A stretch of 64,000 nt of DNA from the human T2T-CHM13v2.0 reference genome, Homo sapiens (GCF_009914755.1 NC_060927.1); one strand, 5' to 3'. Positions 9,841-26,304 are shown, counted from the first letter of the stretch. A program made the numbers and translations. Notes: generated by a model not told the origin, from the letters alone.

Positions 9841-12800
9841 CATTAGCAAACAGAATGTTGAACTCCTTTCATTTTCAGAATGTTTCTTGCTCCTCTCCCT
9901 CTGACACTCTACTCTGAACTCAGTTTTGGATCAATCCATTGCTACTTCAGAGACTGCCTTTTCTTGAGAAACTATATTCCTCTTCTCATATATCCTCAGA
10001 TGGCATGCTGTGCCTGAGCATCTTGAATAGACTCATTCTCTAGGTTTGGAATTTTTCCTCTTTAAAATCTGCATGCTCTCCAACACAAACACTACTGTGA
10101 GATATTTCAAGCTTGATCCTAAAAGGGGCAGGTGGTTCCAGAGATGAGATAAGTTTCCAACAGATGAAAAAGGAAGTGTTAAGGGGAAAAGCAGTTTCTC
10201 AAAAAGATAATATCACTGATATATGTTTCCATGGTAATTTTGTTCTTTAAAATTCTTTCTCTAATATAACTACTTTTCTTAGTATGCAATATAAGCATGT
10301 TTCTATCTTTTCAGTGTCTTTGGATGAAATGCAAATATATATATATCACTTACATATCACTGTTTCACATTTTGTAGGTTTAGTGATGTTGATACAGAAA
10401 AACTATTCTCTGTTTGTTGTGAGAATCCTCAACTGAAAGAACACAGTTTAAATTTAATTAAATAAGACATACCTACTTGCAGATCTATACTGCTTGAGAA
10501 GTTAGGAAGATTTTTACTTTGGAATTCAGTAACTTAACTAAAAATAGCATATCCAGTTTGGGAAGAGAAAGACCTCAAGCTGATCAGTCTCCTTGTCTTC
10601 ACATTGTAAGATATATTTCTGCTATCTCCAATTTCCAGAAATACCAAATGTGTTGAACATTACATTTTGTCCTCGGTGTTCTGGATTCAATTCAACAATA
10701 ATATAGCCTAACAAGTTAAATAAAAATATACTTTAATAGAAAAACTAACAGACAAGCATTTCTTATTGAATCAATAAGTAAAAGAGTTTAAGTTGTATCC
10801 CTAAATAAATGGCTGCTGTTTCTGTTAGACCCTAGTATTTTACTAAAGAGAAATAATATTTTTCATATTTATATGACAAGTTAAACCTGTCTCTCAGACA
10901 TCACATTTAAATTTAAATACATTTTAACTTAAAATATATATTACTTCATATAAGTATAAATATACTTATAAATTAGTATAAATATTTGATGAACTAGTTT
11001 ACAGAATTAAATCAAATCAAGCTATGTAGATGTAAAGAATGTCAGAATATGCTACCATATTGAATTAAATATTTAAAAATTATGTACTAATCTAAGAATA
11101 AATTAAGGGAATATGCACTAGTCTAAAATGAAAATAAATTAATAGGTAAATGTAAGCAATACATTTTCTCTGACCAAATTAATCCACTATTGATGGTTTA
11201 TGTAAATTATTTTAAGATAATATAAAAAGGTTTAGCAGCATGTATAGCAGTGCTTTTGTAACAGAATATGTGACAGAGATTTATTTAATAGTAAGATGGT
11301 TATTTTTATATAATATGTAAAAAATGTTTTCCTTATGCAACAACCATTCATAATGGAGAATAGCAGAGAACAATAACTTATTGCATACCTTCATATAATT
11401 GAGCTTAGTCACAAAATATTTCTCCCAATAGGGAGTGAAATGGAGGCACGGACAGAATCATAGCCTGGGTTTTCTTTAGAAGATTGAGAAGGCTTTACAG
11501 AAGCTAAATAATGCATATGGAAATGTAAAAAATAGTTGATGATAAGTTTATATATGAAAAAAAATACTACTAAATCACATCCAGAAATTATTATCAACAT
11601 ATTTTTAATTTCATATAAATCCAAATGTTGTAAATAAGTTTTTGGCTGAGTCCAGAACCATTAAAATAAAGGTAAACCAATAACTTTGAATTGAAGTCCC
11701 AACTTTCTTACATTAATTTTAGATAAAAATATCCCTCAGTACTTCCTTTGTATTGCCTTATATCATCTTTCAGAGTAGATTAAAAAACACATACCAGTCT
11801 GTATGGTCTTCACAGGAGTCACATTTTAAACTAAAGACACCAAAATGTTGAAGGCAGAAAAACATGGTTAGAAAAAATGTGAATTTAGAAAGTTTGCTCA
11901 ATACAATTCTGAATGATCTGGGCATACTTCAAAATGGCTACTTCTTTCCTTCCCCTGATGGAAGCACAAGATAATTCTCTGATCTTTACCCTGATTACCT
12001 AGTAGGGCTCTTAAAGATAAAATTTACAAAAGTGTATTATCTCCTCATTCCTCACCAAACCTAGACTCTAAGAGATTTTATCTTTCAAATTAGTCTATGT
12101 TCAAACTCCTGTAATTAGTTAGTTACCATTTAAGTGTTGCTAACAGCAAGCACTGTTGCTACCAGCAACTTCTGTTCTCAGTAAACTGAGATTCTCTCTT
12201 CATGTGTCTCCTCCTTTTGTTTTTCCCCCTTTGGGGTGAGAGGTTGTTGGTTTTTAGTTGGTACAGCTTTTTTTTCTTGTTGTAAATGGGGGTGATGACT
12301 CCCAAGCTCTAAACATGTCAGAACTTTAGGGCTTTTCAACTTCTGCCTGATGTAAATTCAAGTTGTAGCTAAGGATTTAAGGCAAACATTGGAGGTGACT
12401 TTGAGTCAGGCCACAATTCTTTTTATACCCTAGTCACTGAAGACTTAAAATGTTACTGTAACTGAGATGTATTTGGCCTAATGGTTCAGTGTCCTATGCA
12501 ACCCCAGAATTCAGCAAAGTCCCACTGGGGAAATTTGACTGTGTGTTTGAGGCTCTTTAACTGTCTAGTTTGTAATTCTAACCTCACAAGACTGCTGGCA
12601 GGTTTTCTCCTTCCTTTTCAGAGAACAAACTTCCTCTGACTGTTCAAAACTTAGCCTCCATATGAAATGAGCAAATACCTGCAGGAAAAATGTCTGTCAA
12701 TCACCAATATGCCTCTGAAGAGTTTAGTCCTCTCTGGAATTTTTATTTATTTAGTCCTCATTACTTTCTAACACCTTCACACTTCTAACAAGGTATTTTT

Positions 12801-12962
12801 GTGTGTGATTTTCCCAGCTTTTCATTGTTGTTTTTTCCACAGGATCATTGACTAGCCATGGCCTTTACCTTTTACATGGAAATAAATGTTTCCTTTCTGC
12901 CATTTTAAAAGGTTATTTTAACTGTCTATGCAATACTGGACTGGCATTTAGTACTTTCATAA

Positions 12963-13257
12963 TTTTTTTTTTTTTTTTTTGAGACAGAGTCTTGCTCTGT
13001 CACCAGGCTAGAGTGCAGTGTCGTGATCTTGGCTCACTGCAACCTTTCTCCCGGGTTCAAGCGATTCTCTTGCCTCAGCCTCCCGAGTAGCTGGGACTAT
13101 AGGCACACACCACCACGCCCAGCTAATTTTTGTATTTTTAGTAGAGACAGGGTTTCACCATGTTGGTCAGGACGGTCTCGATCTCTTGATCTTGTGATCT
13201 GCCTGCCTCAGCCTCCCAAAGTGCTGGGATTACAGGCGTGAGCCACCGCACCTGGCC
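12963..13257 (-). mobile_element. AluSc-like, full length
   Basis: Poly-T and both monomers present. Sc-type sites GTCACCAGGC and GATCTCTTGA. TSD of about 15 bp, TACTTTC(A/C)TAATTTT. Confidence 0.93.
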
Positions 13258-13624
13258 ATACTTTCCTAATTTTAAAGTTGTCTTCTGATTGTCCTTTGGT
13301 TTCAGCATTTCTTTTAACTTATATTTTGTTCATTCTCTTTGAATTTAAGATTTATTGTTTGTTTCTGATTTCCAGGAGTTTTGTTATACTATTTTCTCTG
13401 AATTTATATCACTTAGAAATTACAGAACATTTGAATCTTTGAGATGCTAGTTAATTTCTAACATCAATTTTTGAAAATTCTCAACTACTATCTCCTCAGA
13501 TACAATTTGTGTGAAATCCTTTAACCTCTGCTCTTGAGATTCCAGTTACATGTGTGAGAGATTATTTTATAGTATTCCAGGTCTTTTATTCTCTTTTATT
13601 TAATTTCCTTTAAAGAAATCCCCA

Positions 13625-14083
13625 TGTTTTTAGTTTCTGAGGGTTGCTATAACACATTTCCACAAACTGGGTGGCTTAATAAAACGGAAGATATTATCTC
13701 ACAGTCTAAAGTCTAGAAGTCCAAAATCAAGATGTCAGAAGAATGGGTTCTCTCTGAGAGCTTTGTTCCGTGTATCTCTTTTAGCTTCTGGTGCCAGCTG
13801 GCAACTGGCTTGTCGATGCATCCTTCCGATCTTAGTTCCTATCTTCACATGGTATTCTCCTCATATTTCTGTCTTCATGTCGCTGCCTTTCCTCTGGGTT
13901 TCTCTTCTCTTCATATAAAAATTCACTTACATTCAATTAAGAGCCCACCCTACTCCAGAATGACCCCATCTTAACCAATTATATCTGCCAATAATTTTGT
14001 GTCCAAACAAGGTCCCATTCTGAGGTACTGGGGGTTAGGGCTTCAACACATATCTTTGGGGAATCACAATTTAACCCATAGCA
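13625..14083 (-). mobile_element. MLT1C-like solo LTR
   Basis: TG..CA termini. CCACAAACTGGGTGGCTTAA, CTAGAAGTCCAAAATCAAGATGTCAG, CATTCTGAGGTACTGGGGGTTAGG. Confidence 0.85.
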
Positions 14084-14416
14084 GAGCAATTGATTTTGCA
14101 TATTTTCTTTTGACCTATCTTTAAGTTTAGTAACTTCATCATCTGCTCTTTAATTATTTTATTAGTCACGATTCTGGAAGTTAACCTTTAATGTTTTTTA
14201 AAATAAATTATAGTTTTGAAAATTATTTCATTCATTTATTTTATTCCAGATTTATTCCATTTTTAATAAATAAATTTAAGTTTCTGTCTATTAACTTTAA
14301 TATCTGGATTATATCTATCTCATTTTTTTCTCTTGGATTTGATTTATATTGTACTATGTCTTGAATGCTTGGAAATTTTTAAATGAATCCAGCACACTTT
14401 AAAAATAGTTTTGGAG

Positions 14417-14817
14417 TCTCTTAGAATGGGTGTTCTAGAAATAAATTCCAAGACAGAGTGCTTATCAAAAAATACATCTTATATAGATAGCTATGAAGTG
14501 GGATAGGAAATGAAATCGCAGAGCGAAAATGTGGCTCCACTAATTCTAATCTTGTCTTGATCCATAGCAGAAGGTCTAAGAAGTATGCCTTGTACCAAAG
14601 TGTTGAACCCTAACTCTAAAGCAACAGGATTGCCTTTTGTATTTTAAGACAATCATTAGCCTTGGCCATATTTGATCATCTGACTTCTCAGATGATCTTA
14701 TTGTCAGAGACTTTTTTTTTTTCTTTTTTTCAAGATTGAGTGACAGGCATAACTTTCCAGAAAAGGAATCGTTGAGTCAAGGAAAATCATTTGGAAAAGT
14801 AGGATTTCTGTTAACTA
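14417..14817 (-). mobile_element. LTR16(C)-like ERVL solo LTR, left part (continues at 24075-24161)
   Basis: TCTTAGAATGGGTGTTCTAGAA...TGATCC...CCTTTTGTA...GGCATAACTTTCCAG joins across the provirus to CAGCAGTTAGAGATG...ACATCTATTACA, matching reverse-complement LTR16C. Confidence 0.6.
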
Positions 14818-14915
14818 TATTAAGTTTAATTAAATTTAGTCTAAAGCAGCCTCTATACATGGCAAACTGCAACATGACTTAGCATGTAAACAAACTGCAT
14901 CCTGAGTATATTCTT
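14818..14915 (+). mobile_element. 5' LTR remnant of the MER57 provirus (rest deleted)
   Basis: Aligns with 23657-23761 at about 23 mismatches in about 98 nt plus a 7-nt gap (manual count). Confidence 0.8.
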
Positions 14916-17386
14916 AGTCCCTCAATCCAAGAAGACTAGAACGCTTTCATCTGGATCTCCAGTCAATTTTATGTATGAGAACTGTGGATCCAGAAACTGT
15001 GTTTTCTGGGGAAATGGGTGAACTTTACCAAAGGTAAGTTAGAGTTACCAAGGATAATAGAGTTACAGCGGCCACAGTGAGGAAACTCTTTACAAAAGGC
15101 AAATAGGCACAGGTCTTTATAGCTACAACAGCTACAGGCATCAAGGAGACTCCTTCCTATGTATTTTAAACCCAAACAGTGAATCTCAAATTTAAAAATT
15201 CTGTTTTCCTATATATCTCCCTTTATTGTTAACAGTACAATCATTGGAAAATAAATTATCCACTTTTGCACCAGCAGTTCTAACGGACTCACTCCCTTTG
15301 GCCTGGAATGTTTCCCCGACTAGAGAGGTCCCACTTAACTCCCAGGACAATAATCAACCAGTCTGTCAGAGAGATAAAATAATATTTCTTTGGTTAGGGT
15401 TTTCAATAAAGTCCAAAATGTCTCCATTTCAGAATCTTTCCAATTGAGAGTATTTTTTGGAAAACATTTATAAGAATCCTCTCTACTTTCTCTATTTCAT
15501 CCTACTTCTCTCATAAGCACCACTCAGTCAGCAGAAACCCTTCTGCTCAAACCTCTTTTGACTATATGTTCTGCCAATTCTGTTCACCTTTCTTGTAATT
15601 ATATTTGCTATACCCCCAAACTCCTTGAGGTGGGGGAGAGGGGGACAAATTAGCCTGTCATTCAATCTTGAAAAAAAGAAAACAAAAAAGATAAACCAGT
15701 CTCTGACAATAAGACAACATTAGCAGTGTCCACGCTGGGTCTAGGCATAGAAAATATTCTTCCTAGGATTCAGTAGTTCCACTCGCTCAGTATTCTAGTT
15801 AAAAGACACAGCTGAGTTAGGAAATTGTCAGTCTAACCAAATTAGTCTCCAAAATATGACTTTCTGTCATAAGAGCTATTTATTTTCAGCTGGTTATTTT
15901 GAGACCCTTTTGTAAAAGAAATTTACATCTATAAAGGAAATCTTCATTTGTCAAGGGTGTCCCCTTTACACCCAAATTACTAGAAACATTTACAATGGCA
16001 AAGGAATTTGTTTAAAAATATATAGCAACTCTTGTCTTTGTTAAAGGCACTCTTCCTCAGGATCTTGCCTTAACTGGGCCTTTATCAATACCCTTCTTTA
16101 CTGGTTTAAGCCAATAATGGTATTTAGGTCTGAAGTCTCAGCTCTGTGCCTATGAGACATAAATTTTCTACCTGGTCTTACCTAAGAACCATCCCCTTGG
16201 AAATGCAAATTTCTGGGAGACAACATCAGAAGATGAGAGAGCAAAAGAAAAACAACTGTTTAGAAACTGGCAAATAATTTTTTTTCTTCTCTTTTTTTTC
16301 TCTCTCTCTCTCGCTCAAAAATTAGTTAAAGGTTTTGGCCATTTGAGTAGGTAATCTTTTTTCCTTGGGGAAACAGAATTTGACCAGATTTTCCTTAATA
16401 AATTTGTGAACTTGATAGTGTTGTGTCTGGCCCATGGCTAAAATTTTAGAATGAAAGCTGTAAGACCTGTTTCTGCCTTAAGAAATAAGACAAATTTGTG
16501 TATAGGATGTGTTTATGTATATCTGTGTGTGTAATATATATATGTTATATGTTTGGTTTCTCTCTTATCTTACAACATTGCCAAAATTAAATTGTAAACA
16601 GCTGTATTTAATTGGCTTAGAGAAAAATAATCACTTATATAAATTAAGTATCCCTTCAGAAAAAGAAAAACTAACCTAAATGCTTTTCAAGTTAATGCCA
16701 TTTGGGTAATGTTTGATAAATAAGAATATTGATGGTTTGATTAAAGCAGACATATCTCCAGAGTTGTCAGCATTAAATATAATACATAATCATGGCTTTT
16801 CCTACCTTTGTTTACTGGTAAAATATGTTATTTCTATATCACAAAATTCATCAACTAAACAAAAAAGTTAAACATGATTGCTACTTGTTTACTATACCAT
16901 TTTCATAAGCATTCCAAACATGATTGTTAAAAACAAGTGATTTAAGTATATGTAAGATATAATTTTTATGTAAAAGATGTCCTTCTGAACCCGGAAGGTT
17001 TTAACATTCTTGAGACTGAGAGAAGTCTGTACGAATAACAATTTAATTCTCAAGCTCACCCAAACAAAAACAAAAGCAAAAACCTAAGTTGATAGAGATA
17101 AACTTTTTCCTTTTCTAAAGTTTCTTAATATTGACAGATTAAATATATATGAAATTGTTGGTAGACATGTTCTGTGCCACACTGACAAATTATACTAAAA
17201 GAAAGGATATGCTTTTAGATATTATGATTCATAGATTTGCCAAAGTACAGACTGCCAGTGTGCAACTCACAATTGCTTGCTTCCTAGTGTTCACTGGAAA
17301 TTAAGATCACTATGAGCTATCTAAGACTTCTGATTAATATATGTAATTAAAATTATTAGAAATAGTAAGGCAAAAGCTTCATATGA

Positions 17387-19450
<2,064 letters not shown>

Positions 19451-20166
19451 AAAAATATGTAACGTATGAAGATGTTTTGTTAAGAAAAAAGAGTAATGCT
19501 TGTACTAAAGTAGAATAATTGGTTGTTTCAAAATAAAAAATAAAATGGTAGGATGAAAAATGGAATGGATAAGAAAATTGGAGAAGGTTTGTGGAGTATA
19601 AATCTTGTAAAATAAATTTTATGTGTGATGAAGCTGGCTAAGATTAGAAGAGAATTATTTAAAGTTTTTCCAATAATTGAGCATTAATATAAAAGGAACA
19701 CTGATAGAAAACTAAAATTTGGCCCACTATGTTAAAACAACACAACTTTCTTGGGCTACTGGTCTATTCTTAACAGAAAATTGTGAGTTTTCTTTACCTT
19801 TTGTAGCTGGTCTAGGAAAAAAAGATTCTGTGTTTTACCACCATAATTTCCTGTGCTTTATGTTGTCTTTTTTAGGGGTTTTTCCATCACTTAAGAAAAC
19901 TGGGTTATATCTATTTTAAGTCTAAGGTTTTTCTACCTCTGTGTATCTTTCTGTATTTTCCCTTGAAGTCTTTAAATTGCCAGTCTTGTTAAATAAATGA
20001 CTATTCTTCACAGTGGCCTGTGATACTATTTTGATGAAATGTTTTAAACCCTTGATATTTTTTGATGTTTCCCAAATCAAAATCAAAATTATATTTTTAT
20101 TTTTATTTTTACATTGAATTAACTGGGATTTTACAAATGAGTCTTTGGAGCATCTCAAAGAATATC

Positions 20167-20568
<402 letters not shown>

Positions 20569-20686
20569 AACAGATATATTTTCTTACAAAATGAGGGATA
20601 TTAAACTAATTAGGCTTATTTGTTTTGTCAAATTACTTAAAAGTCATTGTTAAATAATAAGGAATGCTAAATATCCCTTGATTTAT

Positions 20687-20993
<307 letters not shown>

Positions 20994-21429
20994 TTATTTT
21001 TGTATGGATGTCTTACCAATATGTCTTCTATAGTATGAAATTCCTAGAAATCTGATGAGACAATTGGACTAGTAGAAATTCCCTGAACTCTAGTGAAGAA
21101 ACTGGTTTTATAAAACTGATAACCCATCATCAACAGTACAAACATTGACTAGATACCAAGAAAATTCTTTGGCATATTTTCATGCTATGCCAGCCAATAC
21201 TGAAATTGTTAAGATTTGCAATTTGAATGAACTCCACAGGATTAATTGAAGTCAATTTTTCCATAATAACCTATTTAATAAAAAGTGATGCACCTGAATT
21301 TGGGAAACAAAATTGGTATTTAAGAGATATAAATCCCTTGTTAAGCATAGACTCAAGGAAAGCCTAGATGGCTGCTTGGTCCTTCCTAAGTCCTTAAAGC
21401 TTTCATTTTTGAAAGCCCTGTGCTCTATG

Positions 21430-21720
21430 ACTCATCATGGATTAGATAAAATTGTACAAATCATAAATATAAAGTAGTAAAATGACTGTTCTAAAATTCC
21501 TAAGGCGGTTTATAGCCAATGTTTGATTCATAAATTCCATAATACTGTCAAGACAATAAAAACCTCAGGTGATACATTTCCAGCACTGGATGGATCACTT
21601 GAACACTTACAGATGGATGTTTCTAAAGAAATCTCTAGCAATAGAAGTACTCATTTCACTGGAAAATTTGTAAAACAGATAAATAAGGTATTACAAGCAT
21701 GGTGGTATTAGGCAAAGCTA
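21430..21720 (+). pseudogene. Retroviral integrase remnant
   Basis: HHG zinc-finger start. ORF 21523-21711 contains GDTFP..EHLQMD and EISSNRSTHFTG (compare EHLQxDF and SDxGxHF). The segment between the two catalytic Asp motifs is deleted. Confidence 0.75.
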
Positions 21721-22279
21721 AGAAAATCAATTGGATTGCCTTGGTCAAATAAATTACCAATCGATGGCAATCAGATCCACTTTCACTGGAAAACATAGAT
21801 TAAACCCCTGTGAAAAATAGTTACTGCAAGGCCTATGCCACTAATAATAGAAACATATGCTCTCCTGCTCCTGTAAACTCTGACATGACTCAATATTGCA
21901 AAGCTTCTGATGCATTATGACAAAGTGTATTTTCACTAGGTAAAATAAGTCCTTTCATGATCCACCAACTGATGACAACTAGACCTTATTCTATAGAACC
22001 TGGACATTGAGTTTTTATGAAAAGACACCAGAGAAAGACTGCCCTTGAACTCTCTTGGAGAGACAATATCAAGTTTTTTCTGGAACAAAACCTCAGGGCC
22101 TTAAGTCTTAGATCCATATCTATCAACTTAGAAGAATGCTTCCAGACTCTTGGGACTATACAGCCATTGGAGACTTCAAGGTAAAGCTAACAAGGAAAAG
22201 TTTTTTCTTTGGAAGATGACATCCTAGATGTAGAAGGTTTTCCCAAGATATTAAATAAAGGCTTTCTTTCTCTGTCACC

Positions 22280-23500
22280 ATGAAACATTTGTTCCCTTTC
22301 CTCTTTTCTCTCGTTTTGTTTTGTTTACTGCTTACAAATGGCAAGATAATGCAAAAGTTAAAATTTGATAATCAATATTCTATAGGGTTATGCATTTAGA
22401 GTCACATATTAAGATTTCTTCTTTAACTTTAACAAGCAAAAACCTATAGTAAAGCTTCTACAGTTAAATTATACCAAAAAATTGAATAAGAAATCCAACA
22501 GTAAGATAATTTAATAATTTTGAGACAAATTTATAACCCTAATTCCTTAATTCCTTCTAACCATGAAATGATTTAGTAAGAGAATCACAGACAAATATTA
22601 TTAGTGTTTTTCTATTGCTGACCCCCAAAGCATCCCACAGAGAACTTTCTGTTGATCCCATCTAGAATATATTTTTATGTGTGTATGATTTAAATATCAA
22701 CAACACATGTGAGCAACTCCATATATCAACAAATGGGAAATAAGAGGCAAGTGTGGATTAGGGATTCTAATGGTATCATTGTCACTCCATAACTAGTTGG
22801 AAAATGAAAATTGGTCTATGCTTCTTAATTGGTACTATAAAATAAAGAAGATTTGCCAGCAGGCATAAATCACTCTAAATGGACATGTTTAAGTAGAATT
22901 ATCCTTTCTCAGCTTGGAATAAATGCAAATAAAAATATGATTAAAAATCCGTATCAAACATAGCTACTATAACTGATTCCACTTCAAAGATTATAGTGGT
23001 CCAGCACGCATTTTTAAATTCTATTGTAAAAGTTGTTTTAGACAACATGATTGTTTTGGACTATCTGTTGGCTGAATAGGAGAGAGTGTGTGTGATATCT
23101 ACTTAGATGAATATGTTTGATACGGTAAAAACTTAGTTGTGAGAAATCAATAAACAAGCTACTTGAGGTTGCAATGAGCCAAGATCACGCCATTGCACTC
23201 CAGTCCGGGTGACAGAGCGAGACTCCCTCTCAAAAAAAAAAAACAAAAAAAACCCAAAAAAAACAAAAAAAAAAACAAGTAGATTCCCCTTCTGGCTTAT
23301 TTTTAGTATGTTGATTTTGATCAGTTCAGTTCATGGGGGCTCCTGTTAAGGAGTATATTTTAGTCTGTTGATATTGGCTTCCTAATAGCCATTATAATGG
23401 CCCTCCTGGTACACTGTTGTCCCTCAAGAGTCTTAAATGTCCCTGTGCAGCCATCATTATATGTCATCTGTTCTCACTACAGATAAAATAACAAAAACAT
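22280..23500 (+). pseudogene. Gamma-type env remnant
   Basis: Hydrophobic signal-like MKHLFPFLFSLVLFCLLL after TCACCATG (22280). Immunosuppressive-domain-like VVLDNMIVLDYLLAE*ERVCV (23032-23094). TM-like WGLLLRSIF*SVDIGFLIAIIMALLVHCC. Several stops and frameshifts. Confidence 0.75.
23165..23275 (+). mobile_element. 5'-truncated Alu right-arm fragment with A-tail, inside env
   Basis: GAGGTTGCAATGAGCCAAGATCACGCCATTGCACTCCAGTCCGGGTGACAGAGCGAGACTCCCTCTC plus A-rich tail. Confidence 0.92.
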
Positions 23501-23656
23501 GAAGAGGACATAAAAAAATTTCAGTTAACCTGCTATCAAGAATTGTGAATTTTATTCAGAGACAAAACAAATCCATTATGATGATAATAGAGAGCAGCAT
23601 CCGTGCCCACGATTTAGGTCAGTCTCTCAATTAGAGACTGACCCAAAGAGGGCAAT

Positions 23657-24074
23657 TGTTAAATTTAATTAAATTGTGCCTAAAACTGACTCCATACGTA
23701 GCAAACTGCAATATAATTTAGTAGGCAAACATAATGCAACCTAACTTAAAACTATATTGTTGTAATAGATAGCTGAGTCTCAGCCAATCAGAGCAACCAA
23801 GTCTCAGCCAATCATAGGTTACCAACTTATAACACCATGTCCATAAAAGGCAAATGCCTTATCATACCGTGCCCAAATAAGGCAATTGCCACACTGTAAC
23901 CAATCAAGTGGTTTCTGTGTGTCACTTCTTTCTGTTTACAAATACTGTCTGTCTACATTGCTGGGTAGACCTCTGTGAATCTCTACTGGTTCAGGGTGCT
24001 ACCCAACTTACACATTATTCTTGGCTCAAATAAAGTCATCTAAATTGAATTTGTCTAAAGTTTTTCTTTTAATA
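23657..24074 (+). mobile_element. 3' LTR of the MER57-family provirus (MER57D/E-like, 418 bp)
   Basis: TGTTAAA start and TTTTCTTTTAATA end. Three CCAAT boxes, AAATAAGGCAAA-type motif, AATAAA at 24029-24034. Confidence 0.85.
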
Positions 24075-24161
24075 ACTATTACCAAATAACCCTATCAGCA
24101 GTTAGAGATGTGGACATCAGCCTGTTCAGGAGGGTTTGAAACCAAAATAACATCTATTACA
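24075..24161 (-). mobile_element. LTR16(C)-like LTR, right part
   Basis: Continuation of 14417-14817, ending ACATCTATTACA. Confidence 0.6.
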
Positions 24162-24855
24162 GAGGCTGAAGTCTACATCATTATTCTTCAAAAACAGCTC
24201 ACTTTTTCTTCTGTATGATAACCAACATAGGTTCAATTCAACTAAATCCCTCCAGGATTTAGCTGAGTAGATGCTGAATTCTGGTTTTGACGAAAATCAG
24301 CATCCCACAAGGTTGACTTCTTCCAAGTGCCTAGACCTTCAAAGATGTTGGTTGGGTGCATTGTGTGTGTGCCCTTCAAGGCCACAGCTCTTTGTCTAGT
24401 TCTGGATGCAAATCTTTATCTCTTCAGTTCAATCTAATTTTAGAAAACTCTGCTCTCCTTTTAAAAGTTTTAAGTGAAATCTGACATCTCCCAGCTACAT
24501 GGCTTCAGAATTGAGCAAATATGTTGAGGAAATAACTATGAATTTGAAGTTTCAAACTTGCTACTTCTCGCTTTAGCCCATGAGATCAACAAAAAGCCTC
24601 GAATATTTTGCTTTCCTACAGTAGTTCCTATTTGCTCACATAAAACCATATTTCAAGCTTCTTGAAAGTGACCAAGATTAGCCAATACTCTCAGGAAAAA
24701 AAAATGTGGCTACAAATTGTCAGGTAAGCATTCCATGGTTCTACCTCTCTAAAAACGTGATTCCTCTCTTTTTTTTTCCTTTGATGTCTATATTTATTTT
24801 TCTAATTTTTCTATTTGTTCATGAAAAGAACATTGCAGCAAATTATTCTATCCTA

Positions 24856-25221
<366 letters not shown>

Positions 25222-25279
25222 TTAAATGGAAGTTACTGTATGGTGATACATTTTTGTTTAATGATTTTATTATAAGTTG

Positions 25280-25780
25280 GGGCAAATCAGCGCAATAACT
25301 ATAGTATACAAATATTATGGAGTTTTAGAAAGCAGAGATAAATTATTATTTGGGGGGATAGAAATGTGAAAAACAAAAAGTAGCATGTGTTTTATGGTTT
25401 TGAAAACATATTAGTACAAATAAAAGTAAACATCCTAAGCAAAGAGAGCAATGGAACTAAAGTCATAAAGATAATCTATAAGGTATGGGTTGAAAGTTAT
25501 GGATTGGCAGTAATAAAAGATAAAAGTATGAAGTTTGGCTGATACCAGGATTGCAGAAGGATTGGATTGGCACCAAAAATGTGATCATTTAAAATAGATA
25601 AAGGCTTGCTGAGCATTTTGTAATGATTCTTGAAATAGTTAATACATATCAAAGTTATCCTGTAGAAAAATTAACCAGCTCTAAGTATTCAAGTAGGTTA
25701 GGAAATGTCTACAACATTCTTGAAGATCATTAAGAAAATCTAGAAAATTAGAAAGAATAAGAAATATCAAATAGAACCTA
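25280..25780 (-). mobile_element. L2 fragment, highly diverged
   Basis: Weak resemblance to antisense L2 3' region (CATCCTAAGCAAAGAGAGCAATG..AAAGTCATAAAG). Confidence 0.4.
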
Positions 25781-25855
25781 TACAGAAGTTACTTAAATTA
25801 TTTAATAGCTATATAAAAAAAGAATTAACATTTGGTACTCAAAATTTGCTAATTT

Positions 25856-26304
25856 GATATAGCAGATTGGCAACGTGCCCTTAAAATGTTTTTTTCCATT
25901 TACTTATGATAATAGTGAATTGCCTGAGCATATGGCCACTCTGCCAAAGACCAATTCCTGGCCTTTCTTGTACACAGCATTGTATGGTCATTTGACTAAG
26001 ATCTAAAGAGTAGAATACGAGAGGAAGTGATTGTCCAGCTCTTTCTGGCCTCTTGCTTAAAAGAAAGTTTTCTGGCCTAGAGTTTCACCCTTTTTCTTTT
26101 TAGAAAGCCAATGTGATGGTTACCTATGCTCAACCATGAAAAGGAAGAACTTCTCTCTCTAGCAAGAATGATCATGTGGAATACAGCTTCCCTGCTATCC
26201 TGGAGCACCCACCTCCTGATTTCTAAATGAGAGTGAAATAAAATCATTTCTCATCTAAGTCAGGGACTTCTTATATAGCAGCTTATGCTATACTCTGAAA
26301 TACA
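25856..26304 (+). mobile_element. LTR33-like ERVL LTR
   Basis: CTGAGCATATGGCCAC..GGTCATTTGACTAAG..GAGGAAGTGAT..GAGAGTGAAATAAAATCATTTCTCAT; ends AATACA. Confidence 0.65.

Larger units (their letters stand above)
11930..14416 (-). mobile_element. Ancient L1M/HAL1-like 5'/ORF1 fragments, interrupted by an Alu and MLT1C; appears to resume at 24162-24860
   Basis: TTTGAAAATTCTCAACTACTATCTCCTCAGATA...GAGATTCCAGTTACATGTGTG is typical of antisense old L1 ORF1. Confidence 0.5.

Noticed and set aside
10905-10970. AT-rich palindromes (TATAAGTATA-AA-TATACTTATA)
   Set aside because: A stem of about 10 bp is expected by chance in 64 kb of AT-rich DNA.
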